Shown here piece after piece: positions 17,580-27,264 of a stretch of 47,132 nt of DNA (within the stretch, counting starts at the first letter, position 1; each line of letters begins with the position of its first letter). The position numbers and the translations under genes are program-made. Where the stretch lies: the sequence record DRR378314_166; one strand, given 5' to 3'. Below the pieces are notes generated by a model. It did no database searches and was not told where the DNA came from. It worked only from the letters and a program-made list of their open reading frames with translations.

Positions 17580-17912
17580 GTGAATTGTGACGAACGATAG
17601 GGGCCGTCCTATTTCCGGACCTTATTGATCAAGACTGTTGCACTGAGCGGGGTCCCCATTATTTGTGTGGTCGATGGTGATTGTGACAATGCGCGCAGGC
17701 TAAAGCTTAGCGATGAATTTGATGGCCGGGAGCTGGATGCTCTATATGCTGCAAAAACCCTGCGGCATATTCATCGGTTATGGGGATGGAAGGTATTCCC
17801 GGAGACACGGCTAGATATCCAAAGGATGGGCTGTGTTTGTGATCAAAAAGGGCCCAGCGTGACTTCTGACCTCAGGAAGGATTCGATCACAGGTTATCTT
17901 CTTCAGGATTGA
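17580..17912 (+). pseudogene. Decayed C-terminal fragment of a SpoVR-family gene
   Basis: GVPIICVVDGD...LKLSDEFDGRELDALYAAKTLRHIHRLWGWKVFPET resembles the SpoVR C-terminus as recalled; in-frame TAG at 17598-17600, no RBS, rest of the gene absent. Confidence 0.6.
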
Positions 17913-17993
17913 ATTGCAGCATCCAATCGGATAGAGATTTAGCTCATTAATTAAATCGACATTGTATCGCTGGATAGCGTTCAAGGGGGAGCT

Positions 17994-19457
17994 ATGGCCG
18001 AAAGCACTTTGCCGTTATTTATCGATGGAAAACCCATCTTTGCGCAGAGCGGTGAGACGTTCACTAATTACCGTCCGATGGACGGGCAGGTGGACCGGGA
18101 AATCAGCATGGCTGGACCTGCGGATGTTGACGCTGCTATTGCTGTTGCTCGCAAAGCATTTGCCGAATGGTCGACTGTTCCAGGGATGGAACGGGGGCGG
18201 ATTTTATTGGCGGCAGCCCGAATAATGCGGGATCGCCGTCAGGAACTTGCAAAAATCGAAACACTTGATACCGGAAAACCGATCTCGGAAACGCCCTATG
18301 CGGATGTGGATAGCGCCGTTGACGCACTGGAATTTTTTGGTGGGATTGCAATGGATATTAAAGGCGACTTTCATGATCTGGGGAACGGGGCGATGGCTTA
18401 TTCAATTCGGGAGCCGCTTGGTATTTGTGCCGGCATCGGCGCTTGGAATTATCCTTTGCAAATCGCGACCTGGAAATCCGCACCGGCCTTGGCCGCAGGC
18501 AATGCAATGATTTTCAAACCGTCTGAACTGACTCCTTTGAATGCGTACTATCTGGCTGAAATATATAAAGAGGCGGGACTTCCGGATGGCCTTTTCAACG
18601 TTCTACAGGGGATGGGGCAGGTTGGATCGGCCCTTTCCTCTCACCCACAGATAGATAAGCTGACGTTTACCGGTTCCGTTCCTACGGGAAAGCGCGTATT
18701 GGCGGCAGCGGCGCAAACCGTTAAGCACACCACAATGGAACTTGGGGGAAAGTCACCACTGATTATCTTTGAGGATGCGGATCTTGAAAATGCCGTTTCA
18801 GCCGCCATGAATGCGAACTTTTACAGTCAAGGAGAGGTTTGTTCCAACGGAACGCGTGTTTTCGTGCATAAGGCGATCCGGGATGCTTTCCTAGAGAGGT
18901 TAGTCGAGCGGACGGAAAAGATGATCGTTGGGGATCCAATGGATGAAGAAACCCATGTGGGGGCGCTCATTAGTGAAGCCCACGCAGAGAAGGTCCTGTC
19001 CTATGTTGAGCTGGGCCAACAGGAAGGGGCGACTTTGCTTTGTGGAGGGGAGCGGGTTGAAGTTCAGGGTCTTGAGGGTGGCTTTTATATGACACCAGCC
19101 GTTTTTGCGGGATGTGAAGACAATATGCGCATCTGCAGGGAGGAAATATTTGGACCCGTCATGTCTGTCTTGAGCTTTGAGAGTGAGGCAGACGTTATAA
19201 GGCGGGCGAATGATACCGAATTTGGACTGGCTGCGGGCCTTTTTACCCAGGATTTGGCCCGAGCGCATCGGGTGGTCCGGAAATTACAGGCCGGGTCTTG
19301 CTGGGTAAATAATTACAATCTGACACCTGCAGGGATTCCTTTTGGGGGGAGCAAGCATTCCGGTATCGGCCGTGAAAACTGTGCTCGCACACTGGATCAT
19401 TTCTGCGAGATCAAAAGTGTGTATGTGGAACTTGGTGATGTGGAAAGCAGTTACTAA
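17994..19457 (+). CDS. betB: Betaine-aldehyde dehydrogenase
   Basis: IGAWNYPLQIA, FKPSELTP, FTGS, MELGGKSP, QGEVCSNGTRVFV, EEIFGPVMSVL. Confidence 0.8.
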   Translation: MAESTLPLFIDGKPIFAQSGETFTNYRPMDGQVDREISMAGPADVDAAIAVARKAFAEWSTVPGMERGRILLAAARIMRDRRQELAKIETLDTGKPISETPYADVDSAVDALEFFGGIAMDIKGDFHDLGNGAMAYSIREPLGICAGIGAWNYPLQIATWKSAPALAAGNAMIFKPSELTPLNAYYLAEIYKEAGLPDGLFNVLQGMGQVGSALSSHPQIDKLTFTGSVPTGKRVLAAAAQTVKHTTMELGGKSPLIIFEDADLENAVSAAMNANFYSQGEVCSNGTRVFVHKAIRDAFLERLVERTEKMIVGDPMDEETHVGALISEAHAEKVLSYVELGQQEGATLLCGGERVEVQGLEGGFYMTPAVFAGCEDNMRICREEIFGPVMSVLSFESEADVIRRANDTEFGLAAGLFTQDLARAHRVVRKLQAGSCWVNNYNLTPAGIPFGGSKHSGIGRENCARTLDHFCEIKSVYVELGDVESSY

Positions 19458-19490
19458 CGTGCCAGCATGGCTGCCATGCGAAGCAAATAA

Positions 19491-19518
19491 TTGACAGGAA
19501 TAGGAAAGCTTTTAGGCT
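19491..19518 (+). promoter_or_regulatory. Putative sigma70 promoter of the EamA gene
   Basis: TTGACA-N16-TAGGCT ending 30 nt upstream of the ATG. Confidence 0.45.
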
Positions 19519-19548
19519 TCTGGACCTTAAAAAAAGAATAATTAGGAC

Positions 19549-20457
19549 ATGAGTATGGAAGCTTGGATTCCCATTACAATCTTTGCCGCGTTTTTCCAGA
19601 ATGTCAGAACGGCACTGCAAAAATACCTGAAGGATAGATTGACGACCGGGGGGGCGACGCATGTTCGGTTTTTCTATGCAATGCCTTTTGCACTTCTTTA
19701 TGTATTGGTTCTGCATTATGGCGGCGATTATGCGTATTTCGAGCCAAATGGGGAGTTCCTGATTTATGTTGTTGTCGGCGGGCTTTCGCAGATTCTGGCG
19801 ACTGCTTTGTTGGTGACGCTTTTTACCCTTCGAAATTTTGCTGTGGGGACGGTCTACAGTAAAACGGAAACGGTTCAGGCTGCGATTTTTGGCATTGTGT
19901 TATTGGGAGATCACCTCTCCGGACCAGCCTTGACAGCGATTGCCATCAGTCTGGTTGGCATTATGTTGATCTCCGTTTCAGGCAGTCGGATTTCGGTTAA
20001 AGAACTGATAGTTGGATGGACAGGAAAATCAGCGCTTTACGGCTTGCTGTCCGGGGGTTTATTCGGTGTTTGTGCCGTTTGTTATCGCGCGGCCTCTTTG
20101 TCACTGGGCGGTGATGGCGTTCTGATGCAGGCGGCCACTTCCATTCTTTTTGTTCTCATCTTCCAGGCAACCGTCGCCACCATTTACCTGACAGTCTTTG
20201 AAAAGGGCCAGTTTACACTCGTCCTTAAATCCTGGCGGATCGCTGTTTGGGTCGGGATAACCAGCATGTTGGGCTCTATCGGCTGGTTTACAGCAATGGC
20301 GCTTCAGAATGCGGCTTACGTTCGGGCCGTAGGGCAAATCGAACTCGTGTTCACTTTTATCATCTCCTATTTTTATTTTAAGGAGAAGACTTCTTTGAAC
20401 GAAGGGCTGGGGGTCTTGTTGATTGTTGCGGGAATACTGGTCTTAATTTTGGGATAA
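19549..20457 (+). CDS. DMT/EamA family transporter
   Basis: About 10 TM segments in two repeats; RNFAVG..YSKTE, AAYVRAVGQIE. Confidence 0.85.
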   Translation: MSMEAWIPITIFAAFFQNVRTALQKYLKDRLTTGGATHVRFFYAMPFALLYVLVLHYGGDYAYFEPNGEFLIYVVVGGLSQILATALLVTLFTLRNFAVGTVYSKTETVQAAIFGIVLLGDHLSGPALTAIAISLVGIMLISVSGSRISVKELIVGWTGKSALYGLLSGGLFGVCAVCYRAASLSLGGDGVLMQAATSILFVLIFQATVATIYLTVFEKGQFTLVLKSWRIAVWVGITSMLGSIGWFTAMALQNAAYVRAVGQIELVFTFIISYFYFKEKTSLNEGLGVLLIVAGILVLILG

Positions 20458-20510
20458 TTACACAAAGTCAGTAAAATGTCATCGTTTTGTAAAAAATTGC
20501 AAAATGAGCT

Positions 20511-20539
20511 TTGAAATCCCAAATTTATTTGTTTAAAGT
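20511..20539 (+). promoter_or_regulatory. Putative sigma70 promoter of argE
   Basis: TTGAAA-N17-TAAAGT. Confidence 0.5.
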
Positions 20540-20578
20540 TTGCGCCATCAGTTGAAGTCAAACATATGGAGGCGTTCT

Positions 20579-21745
20579 TTGGCCACCCGTTATTCACCGA
20601 TCGAAATGATCGAGAAACTAGTCTCTTTCGATACGGTATCCCGAAATTCAAATTTGGAATTGATTGATTTTGTCGCCGGCTACCTGGCTGAATATGGTGT
20701 GAAATCGGAAAAAATCCTTAACGATGATGGAACCAAAGCTAACCTTTTTGCAACTGTAGGTCCGGATACAGATGACGGCATTGTGCTCTCCGGTCATACA
20801 GATGTTGTCCCCGTCGATGGGCAACCCTGGGTAACCGATCCTTTCGAGGTCACTGAAAAAGACGGTAAGCTTTATGGCCGGGGAACTTCCGACATGAAAA
20901 GCTTTTCTGCGATTGCATTATCGCAAGTGCCCTTGATGCTGGAGAAAGGGATCAAGCGACCAATACATTTTGCGTTGTCGTATGATGAAGAAATTGGGTG
21001 CCTTGGCTCTCCTCGCATGATTGAAAAAATGGTTGAAGATGGGCTTAAGCCACGCGCCGTAGTGGTGGGTGAGCCAACAATGATGGGTATTGTGACGGCT
21101 CATAAGGGTATTTGGGGCCTGAAAACCAAGGTAATTGGTAAAGAAGCTCACTCCAGCTTGGTCGAAGATGGTGTTAGCGCCGTAATGACCGCAGCCGGGC
21201 TTGTCAATTTTATCGGTAATATGATGGCTGAGAATAAAGCCAAGGCAGAGGATAATAGCCTCTATCATCCAGCACCAGCCTATACGACGCTTCATGTTGG
21301 TGTGATGAACGGCGGAACGGCTATGAATATTATTTCCCGTGAGTGTGAATTCTCGTGGGATATCCGGTATATCTCAGAAGACAATCCGCAGGATTTTGTG
21401 GATCGGTTTACGAAATATTGCGAGGAAGAGATCTTGCCTGCGATGAGGGCTGTGGATCCCGAATGCTCAATTACGACAGAGCTGGTTTCGTCAACTTCTG
21501 CGCTCGGGCCCGAAGAAGGCGGGGCTGCAGAAGAACTTTGTAAAAAACTGACAGGGCGCAATAGCACAACCTATGTGGCTTATGCGGCCGAGGCCGGCCA
21601 GTTTCAGGATGCAGGTTATTCCACGGTTATCTGTGGTCCTGGATCAATCGGCATTGCGCATCAGCCTAACGAATATATTGAGTTGTCGCAGGTCAAGGAA
21701 TCCGAGCAATTTATTCGTAAGCTTATAGATGAATTAGCGAATTAG
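20579..21745 (+). CDS. argE: Acetylornithine deacetylase-like M20 metallopeptidase
   Basis: LSGHTDVVP, YGRGTSDMK, SYDEEIGC, VGEPT, AHQPNE; TTG start at 20579 after GGAGG. Confidence 0.88.
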   Translation: MATRYSPIEMIEKLVSFDTVSRNSNLELIDFVAGYLAEYGVKSEKILNDDGTKANLFATVGPDTDDGIVLSGHTDVVPVDGQPWVTDPFEVTEKDGKLYGRGTSDMKSFSAIALSQVPLMLEKGIKRPIHFALSYDEEIGCLGSPRMIEKMVEDGLKPRAVVVGEPTMMGIVTAHKGIWGLKTKVIGKEAHSSLVEDGVSAVMTAAGLVNFIGNMMAENKAKAEDNSLYHPAPAYTTLHVGVMNGGTAMNIISRECEFSWDIRYISEDNPQDFVDRFTKYCEEEILPAMRAVDPECSITTELVSSTSALGPEEGGAAEELCKKLTGRNSTTYVAYAAEAGQFQDAGYSTVICGPGSIGIAHQPNEYIELSQVKESEQFIRKLIDELAN

Positions 21746-21750
21746 GGAAG

Positions 21751-21779
21751 TAGACAGCACCTAAACTATTGGGTACTCT
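21751..21779 (+). promoter_or_regulatory. Putative internal promoter for the ABC substrate-binding gene
   Basis: TAGACA-N17-TACTCT immediately after the argE stop. Confidence 0.45.
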
Positions 21780-21880
21780 CATTTCCTTATACGATGCCCC
21801 AACTGGGAAACGGGGCAACGAATTTCAGCTTTAACAGGGCTGGTATATTTATACGTAACCATGAACACAGGGAGAATTTT

Positions 21881-23479
21881 ATGAAATTGCGTCATGGAAT
21901 CTTGGCTGCCGCAGCAGCTGCCACTTTGGCATTGTCTGCGCCCGTAGCCAAAGCAGAGACGTTCAAGTTTGCTTTTCAGGGGAACTTGAGTTCACTGGAT
22001 CCGCATTCACTGAACGAAACTTTTCTTTTGGGAACGCTTGGAAATATTTATGAAGGGCTTGTCCTTTATGATGAAAATCTGGGTGTTATTCCTGGATTGG
22101 CAACCTCTTGGGAGACGATCGAACCAACAAAATGGAAAATCAGTCTTCGTAAAGGCGTGAAATTCCATAATGGAAATGATTTTACCGCTCAGGATGTTGT
22201 GTTTTCTTGGCAGCGGGCTCTCGGGGAAGGTTCTGACCAGATTGCACGGGCTTCAAAAATCAAGGCCATTGAAGTTCTTGATGACCATACAATCATTATT
22301 GAAACTCCAGCGCCAAATCCGATCCTGACTTCTGACCTTGTCTACATCTATATCATGGATAAAGAATGGTCCGAAGCTAATGACACAATGAATGCAACAA
22401 GTGCGTCTGCAGATAATTCAGGTAACTATGCAAACCTGAATGAAAACGGTACTGGTCCATTCAAGGTTGACGAACATAAAGCTGACGTGAAGACAACATT
22501 CTCCAAATTCGATGGATATTGGGGAACAATGAAGTCCAACGTGACAACCGTTGAGTTCACCCCAATTAAGGAAGCTGCAACACGTGTCGCCGCTCTGATT
22601 TCTGGTGAGCTTGATCTGGTTTATCCGGTCCCTGTTCAGGACTGGAACCGTCTGGAAGAAGCCGAAGGCGTAAAGCCACTGGCAGGTCCAGAAGCGAGGA
22701 CTATTTTCCTGGGTATGGACCAAGGTCGTGACGAGCTTCTTTATTCCGATATCAAAGGCAAGAACCCTTTTAAAGACATTCGTGTCCGTCAGGCTTTTGC
22801 CCATGCATTGAACCTGGATGCCATTAAAAAGAAAGTGATGCGCGGCGCGTCAACACCTTCTGGCTTGATGATCGCACCACAGATCAATGGTTTTATTCCT
22901 GAATTGAATAGCCCATATGCTTATGATCCTGCGAAATCCAAAAGTTTGCTTGAAGAAGCTGGATATCCAAATGGATTTGAAGTCACAATGGACTGCCCGA
23001 ATAACCGTTATGTCAATGACGAGAAAATCTGTCAGGCGGTTGTTTCCATGTTGGCAAAAGTTGGTGTTAAAGTTGATTTGCTAGCGCAGCCAAAATCCAA
23101 ATACTTTGGTAAAGTTTTGGCAACAGGCGGTTACGATACCAGTTTTTATCTGCTGGGCTGGACGCCAGGAACGATTGATGCTGAAAATGCGCTGTCTTCT
23201 CTGATCATGTGTCAGAACAAGGAAGCTAAGCAGGGTATGTTTAACCTGGGCAACTACTGTAACCCTAAGGTTGACGAACTTGCCAAAAAGATCGGTTCTG
23301 AGACAGATCAAGCCAAACGAAACGGCATGATTAAAGAAGCGTTCTCAACTTTGCAAAAGGATTACGGTTACCTGCCACTGCACCAGCAGCCATTGTCTTG
23401 GGGCGTGCGTGACGGTGTCACTGTAAATCAGCGTGCTGATAACGTTCTCGACTTCCGCGATGTGGTCGTAAACAATTAA
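21881..23479 (+). CDS. ABC transporter substrate-binding protein, family 5 (DppA-like)
   Basis: Sec signal peptide ending AKA; SLDPH, IYEGLV, LRKGVKFHNG, NGTGPF, CPNNRYVNDEKICQAV; GGGAGA RBS. Confidence 0.92.
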   Translation: MKLRHGILAAAAAATLALSAPVAKAETFKFAFQGNLSSLDPHSLNETFLLGTLGNIYEGLVLYDENLGVIPGLATSWETIEPTKWKISLRKGVKFHNGNDFTAQDVVFSWQRALGEGSDQIARASKIKAIEVLDDHTIIIETPAPNPILTSDLVYIYIMDKEWSEANDTMNATSASADNSGNYANLNENGTGPFKVDEHKADVKTTFSKFDGYWGTMKSNVTTVEFTPIKEAATRVAALISGELDLVYPVPVQDWNRLEEAEGVKPLAGPEARTIFLGMDQGRDELLYSDIKGKNPFKDIRVRQAFAHALNLDAIKKKVMRGASTPSGLMIAPQINGFIPELNSPYAYDPAKSKSLLEEAGYPNGFEVTMDCPNNRYVNDEKICQAVVSMLAKVGVKVDLLAQPKSKYFGKVLATGGYDTSFYLLGWTPGTIDAENALSSLIMCQNKEAKQGMFNLGNYCNPKVDELAKKIGSETDQAKRNGMIKEAFSTLQKDYGYLPLHQQPLSWGVRDGVTVNQRADNVLDFRDVVVNN

Positions 23480-23493
23480 TCAGACATGTGTTT

Positions 23494-23527
23494 TAGGGCC
23501 TGCATTTGCAGGCCCTATTTATTTTTA
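23494..23527 (+). terminator. Intra-operon stem-loop after the substrate-binding gene
   Basis: tagggcctgc-attt-gcaggcccta followed by a T-rich tract. Confidence 0.75.
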
Positions 23528-23548
23528 AGTAAAATCTAATTTATTGTC

Positions 23549-24523
23549 ATGATCACTTTTTTATTCAAGCGATTGCTGCAGTCATTCATCGTTATGTTTA
23601 CTGTCGCGCTCATCGCTTTTTCGATGTTCCGATTTGTCGGAGATCCGATCAACAACATGGTCGGTCAGGACACAACCCAAACTGAGCGGGAAGTCCTGAG
23701 AGAGAAATTGGGCCTTAATGATCCCTTTGTTGTCCAATTCGGACGATTTGCCTTAAATGCGGCCGTTGGTGACTTTGGCAATTCCTATAAATACAAGGTT
23801 CCAGTTAGAGAAATGATCCTGGAACGGATGCCAGCGACGCTGGAGCTGGCTTTTGTATCCGCTATTCTCGCGCTCGCTTTTGGTATTCCCTTTGGCGTCT
23901 ACACGGCTCTTAGGCGGAACGGGTTCTGGTCAAAAATTGTCATGACCTTGTCCTTGGTCGGGGTATCCCTTCCTACCTTCCTGATCGGTATTCTATTGAT
24001 TTTGTTCTTTGGCGTTATCCTACGATGGTTGCCGACCTTTGGTCGAGGGGACGTTGTTGATCTTGGCTTCTGGACAACCGGCTTTTTAACCTGGTCTGGT
24101 ATTCAATCCTTGATCTTGCCATCGATCACATTGGCCTTGTTCCAAATGACCTTGATCATGCGCCTGGTGCGGGCGGAAATGCTGGAAGTCCTGAGAACAG
24201 ATTTTGTTAAATTCGCACGGGCGAGGGGACTGCCTGATCGGTCTGTGCATTTCAAGCATGCGCTTAAAAATACGCTCGTCCCGGTGATTACAATTACCGG
24301 TCTGCAACTGGGATCTCTGATTGCTTTTGCCATTATTACAGAAAGCGTATTTCAGTGGCCTGGCATGGGTTTGATGTTTATTCAGGCAATTGCAGACGTG
24401 GATATCCCCATTATGGCGGCGTATCTGGTTCTCATCGCCTTCTTCTTTGTAGTGATTAATATGATAGTAGATATTCTGTATTTCGCCGTAGATCCACGCT
24501 TGCGGACTAAGGATGGATCATAA
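23549..24523 (+). CDS. ABC permease (DppB-like)
   Basis: ERMPATLEL, FARARGL (EAA loop), HALKN, ESVFQWPGMG, DPRLR. Confidence 0.92.
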   Translation: MITFLFKRLLQSFIVMFTVALIAFSMFRFVGDPINNMVGQDTTQTEREVLREKLGLNDPFVVQFGRFALNAAVGDFGNSYKYKVPVREMILERMPATLELAFVSAILALAFGIPFGVYTALRRNGFWSKIVMTLSLVGVSLPTFLIGILLILFFGVILRWLPTFGRGDVVDLGFWTTGFLTWSGIQSLILPSITLALFQMTLIMRLVRAEMLEVLRTDFVKFARARGLPDRSVHFKHALKNTLVPVITITGLQLGSLIAFAIITESVFQWPGMGLMFIQAIADVDIPIMAAYLVLIAFFFVVINMIVDILYFAVDPRLRTKDGS

Positions 24524-24525
24524 CA

Positions 24526-25455
24526 ATGGATAAAGCTGTAGAAACAACACGACTAGCCCGTTTCCTTGATAGCGATATTTGGCATAGTTTTAAATCAAAT
24601 CCTGTCGCCATCGTTTCGTTCTTTGTTACGGCTATAATGCTGCTGACCGCAATCTTTGCGCCATTTGTGGCTCCTCATGATCCCTTTGATCTGGCAAAAA
24701 TTGATATTATGGATTCCAGCCTCCCACCGTCATGGCTGTTGGAGGGAGATCCACGGTTTCTTCTGGGAACGGATGATCAGGGACGCGATATCCTTTCCAC
24801 GATAATGTACGGTGCCCGGATCTCACTGTTTGTTGGATTTGCATCGGTAATTTTTTCCATGGTTGTGGGAATTACATTGGGATTGATCAGTGGATATGCA
24901 GGTGGCCGAACGGATGCTTTCATTATGCGGGTTGCTGACATTCAATTGTCGTTTCCGGCAATTTTGATCGCGCTTCTCATTGATGGTGTTGCCCGTGGCG
25001 TTTTCCCCTCTGATTTGCATGAAGAAATTTCGATTTATGTGTTGATCTTTGCAATTGGTATTTCCGGCTGGGTTCAATATGCCCGGACGGTGCGGGGATC
25101 TACTCTTGTTGAAAAGGGTAAGGAATATGTCCAGGCCGCCCGAGTTATCGGTATCCGCCCTGTAACCATTCTTCACCGCCATATTTTGCCTAATGTTATG
25201 GGACCGGTCATGGTTATCGCGACCATCCATCTGGCGGTTGCTGTGATCACAGAGGCAACATTGTCGTTTCTTGGTGTTGGTGTGCCGCCGACAACTCCTT
25301 CTCTTGGAACCCTGATCCGCATTGGAAATGAATATCTGTTCTCTGGTGAATGGTGGATTACAATTTTCCCTGGTGCGACGCTCCTTATCCTGGTTCTGGC
25401 AGTCAACCTGCTCGGGGATTGGATGCGCGATGCCTTGAACCCGAAATTGCGCTAA
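24526..25455 (+). CDS. ABC permease (DppC-like)
   Basis: LGTDDQGRD, EYVQAARVIG, HILPN, EATLSFLG, RDALNPKLR. Confidence 0.92.
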   Translation: MDKAVETTRLARFLDSDIWHSFKSNPVAIVSFFVTAIMLLTAIFAPFVAPHDPFDLAKIDIMDSSLPPSWLLEGDPRFLLGTDDQGRDILSTIMYGARISLFVGFASVIFSMVVGITLGLISGYAGGRTDAFIMRVADIQLSFPAILIALLIDGVARGVFPSDLHEEISIYVLIFAIGISGWVQYARTVRGSTLVEKGKEYVQAARVIGIRPVTILHRHILPNVMGPVMVIATIHLAVAVITEATLSFLGVGVPPTTPSLGTLIRIGNEYLFSGEWWITIFPGATLLILVLAVNLLGDWMRDALNPKLR

Positions 25456-25467
25456 AGGAATTCAGAG

Positions 25468-27195
25468 ATGGAACTGTTAAATATTAAAAATCTCCAAATC
25501 GAATTCCCAAGCCGCCGGGGAACTGTTGAAGCTGTTAAGGGGGTTACCTTAACAGTACGCCCAGGAGAAGTGTTGGGCGTGGTGGGCGAGTCCGGTGCGG
25601 GTAAGTCGACAATTGGCAATGCGGTCATTGGACTTTTAGAGCCTCCTGGGCGTGTCTCCGGTGGAGATGTGTATCTCAAAGGGGAGCAGATTAATAATCT
25701 GGACAAAGACGCGATCCGGAAAGTTCGAGGGCGGCGGATTGGAATGATCTTTCAGGATCCGCTTACGTCTTTGGATCCGCTGCAAACGATTGAGCAGCAA
25801 TTGGTTGAAACCATTGATCTGCATCTTAAACTTGGGCAACAGAAGTCTTTAGAGCGGGCGATTGAGTTGCTGGATCAGGTTGGTATTCCAGATCCGAAAG
25901 AACGAATTAAGCATTATCCTCATCAATTCTCTGGTGGTATGCGGCAGCGTGTGGTGATTGCCTTGGCACTCTGTGCAGAGCCTGAGGTTATCATCGCGGA
26001 TGAGCCGACAACAGCACTGGACGTTTCCATTCAGGCGCAGATCCTGGATTTGATGAAAAAACTGTGCCGGGAAAAACAGGTGGGTATGCTGATCATCACT
26101 CATGACATGGGTGTTATTGCAGACATTACCGATCGCGTTGCCGTGATGTATCGCGGCGACCTTGTGGAAGAGGGGACAACAGCCAAAATCCTTGGAAACC
26201 CGGATCATCCTTATACGAAAAGTCTAATTAGTGCGGTTCCTCGCCCCGATATTCGACTTCACCGGTTCCCAATGGTTGACTATATTGAGAAAGAAGAGGA
26301 TCGCAAGAAAGACTTCGATATTTCGACACATTGGCTGGGAAAAGCTCAGGACTTTGATGCTGTGGAAGGGCCGTTGGTCTCAGTGGAAGATCTGGTGATG
26401 AGGTTCATTACCAAGGATTCCATTATTAAAAGTAAGCGTAAATTCTTTACGGCGGTAGACGAAGTCTCTTTTGACATCAAGCAGGGTGAAGTTTTTGGTC
26501 TTGTCGGTGAAAGCGGCAGCGGAAAATCTACAGTAGCCCGAATGATCTGTGGATTATATAGACCCGCAAGCGGTGCCGTTCGCTTCGGTGAGACGGATTT
26601 AACGCAGATTAAGTCGCAGAAGGAATTGGATTATTACCGCCGGCAGATGCAGATGATCTTTCAAGACCCGTTCTCATCTTTGAATGGCCGGATGCGCGTT
26701 CTGGATATCGTGGCTGAACCCATTCGCTTCCATAAATTGGCAACAACAAATTCTGAAGTTGAATCCATTGTTCTGGATTTGTTGGAACATGTGGGACTTG
26801 GGCGTCAAGCTGGCATGCGGTATCCGCATGAATTTTCGGGAGGACAGAGACAGCGGATTTCCATTGCCCGGGCCTTGGCAACCCGTCCAAGGTTTTTGAT
26901 CTGTGATGAGCCAACATCTGCTCTTGATGTGTCCATCCAGGCGCAGATCCTTAATCTTCTGAAGGATCTGCAGGAGGAGCTGGGCCTGACAATGTTGTTC
27001 ATTAGCCATGATTTACCTGTTATTCGGCAGATGTGCGATCGGGTGGGGGTCATGAAGACAGGAAAGCTTGTTGAAATTGCAGAGACTGAGCAGCTTTTTG
27101 AAAACCCACAAGCGCCTTATACACAGGAACTTCTGTCACTGATGCCAAAACTGGATAATCTGGATCTAACGGGTTTGGACATTGAGGAAACTTAA
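25468..27195 (+). CDS. Fused double ABC ATPase (DppD/DppF-like)
   Basis: Two Walker A motifs (GESGAGKST, GESGSGKST), two signatures (FSGGMRQR, FSGGQRQR), two DEPT Walker B motifs. Confidence 0.93.
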   Translation: MELLNIKNLQIEFPSRRGTVEAVKGVTLTVRPGEVLGVVGESGAGKSTIGNAVIGLLEPPGRVSGGDVYLKGEQINNLDKDAIRKVRGRRIGMIFQDPLTSLDPLQTIEQQLVETIDLHLKLGQQKSLERAIELLDQVGIPDPKERIKHYPHQFSGGMRQRVVIALALCAEPEVIIADEPTTALDVSIQAQILDLMKKLCREKQVGMLIITHDMGVIADITDRVAVMYRGDLVEEGTTAKILGNPDHPYTKSLISAVPRPDIRLHRFPMVDYIEKEEDRKKDFDISTHWLGKAQDFDAVEGPLVSVEDLVMRFITKDSIIKSKRKFFTAVDEVSFDIKQGEVFGLVGESGSGKSTVARMICGLYRPASGAVRFGETDLTQIKSQKELDYYRRQMQMIFQDPFSSLNGRMRVLDIVAEPIRFHKLATTNSEVESIVLDLLEHVGLGRQAGMRYPHEFSGGQRQRISIARALATRPRFLICDEPTSALDVSIQAQILNLLKDLQEELGLTMLFISHDLPVIRQMCDRVGVMKTGKLVEIAETEQLFENPQAPYTQELLSLMPKLDNLDLTGLDIEET

Positions 27196-27224
27196 GAGGT
27201 TCCCATTTATATCCCGTGTAAATG

Positions 27225-27254
27225 AAAAAGGGGCTTAATAGGCCCCTTTTTTTT
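27225..27254. terminator. Bidirectional intrinsic terminator
   Basis: aaaaaggggctt-aat-aggcccctttttttt between convergent genes. Confidence 0.85.
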
Positions 27255-27264
27255 GATCAGTGGT

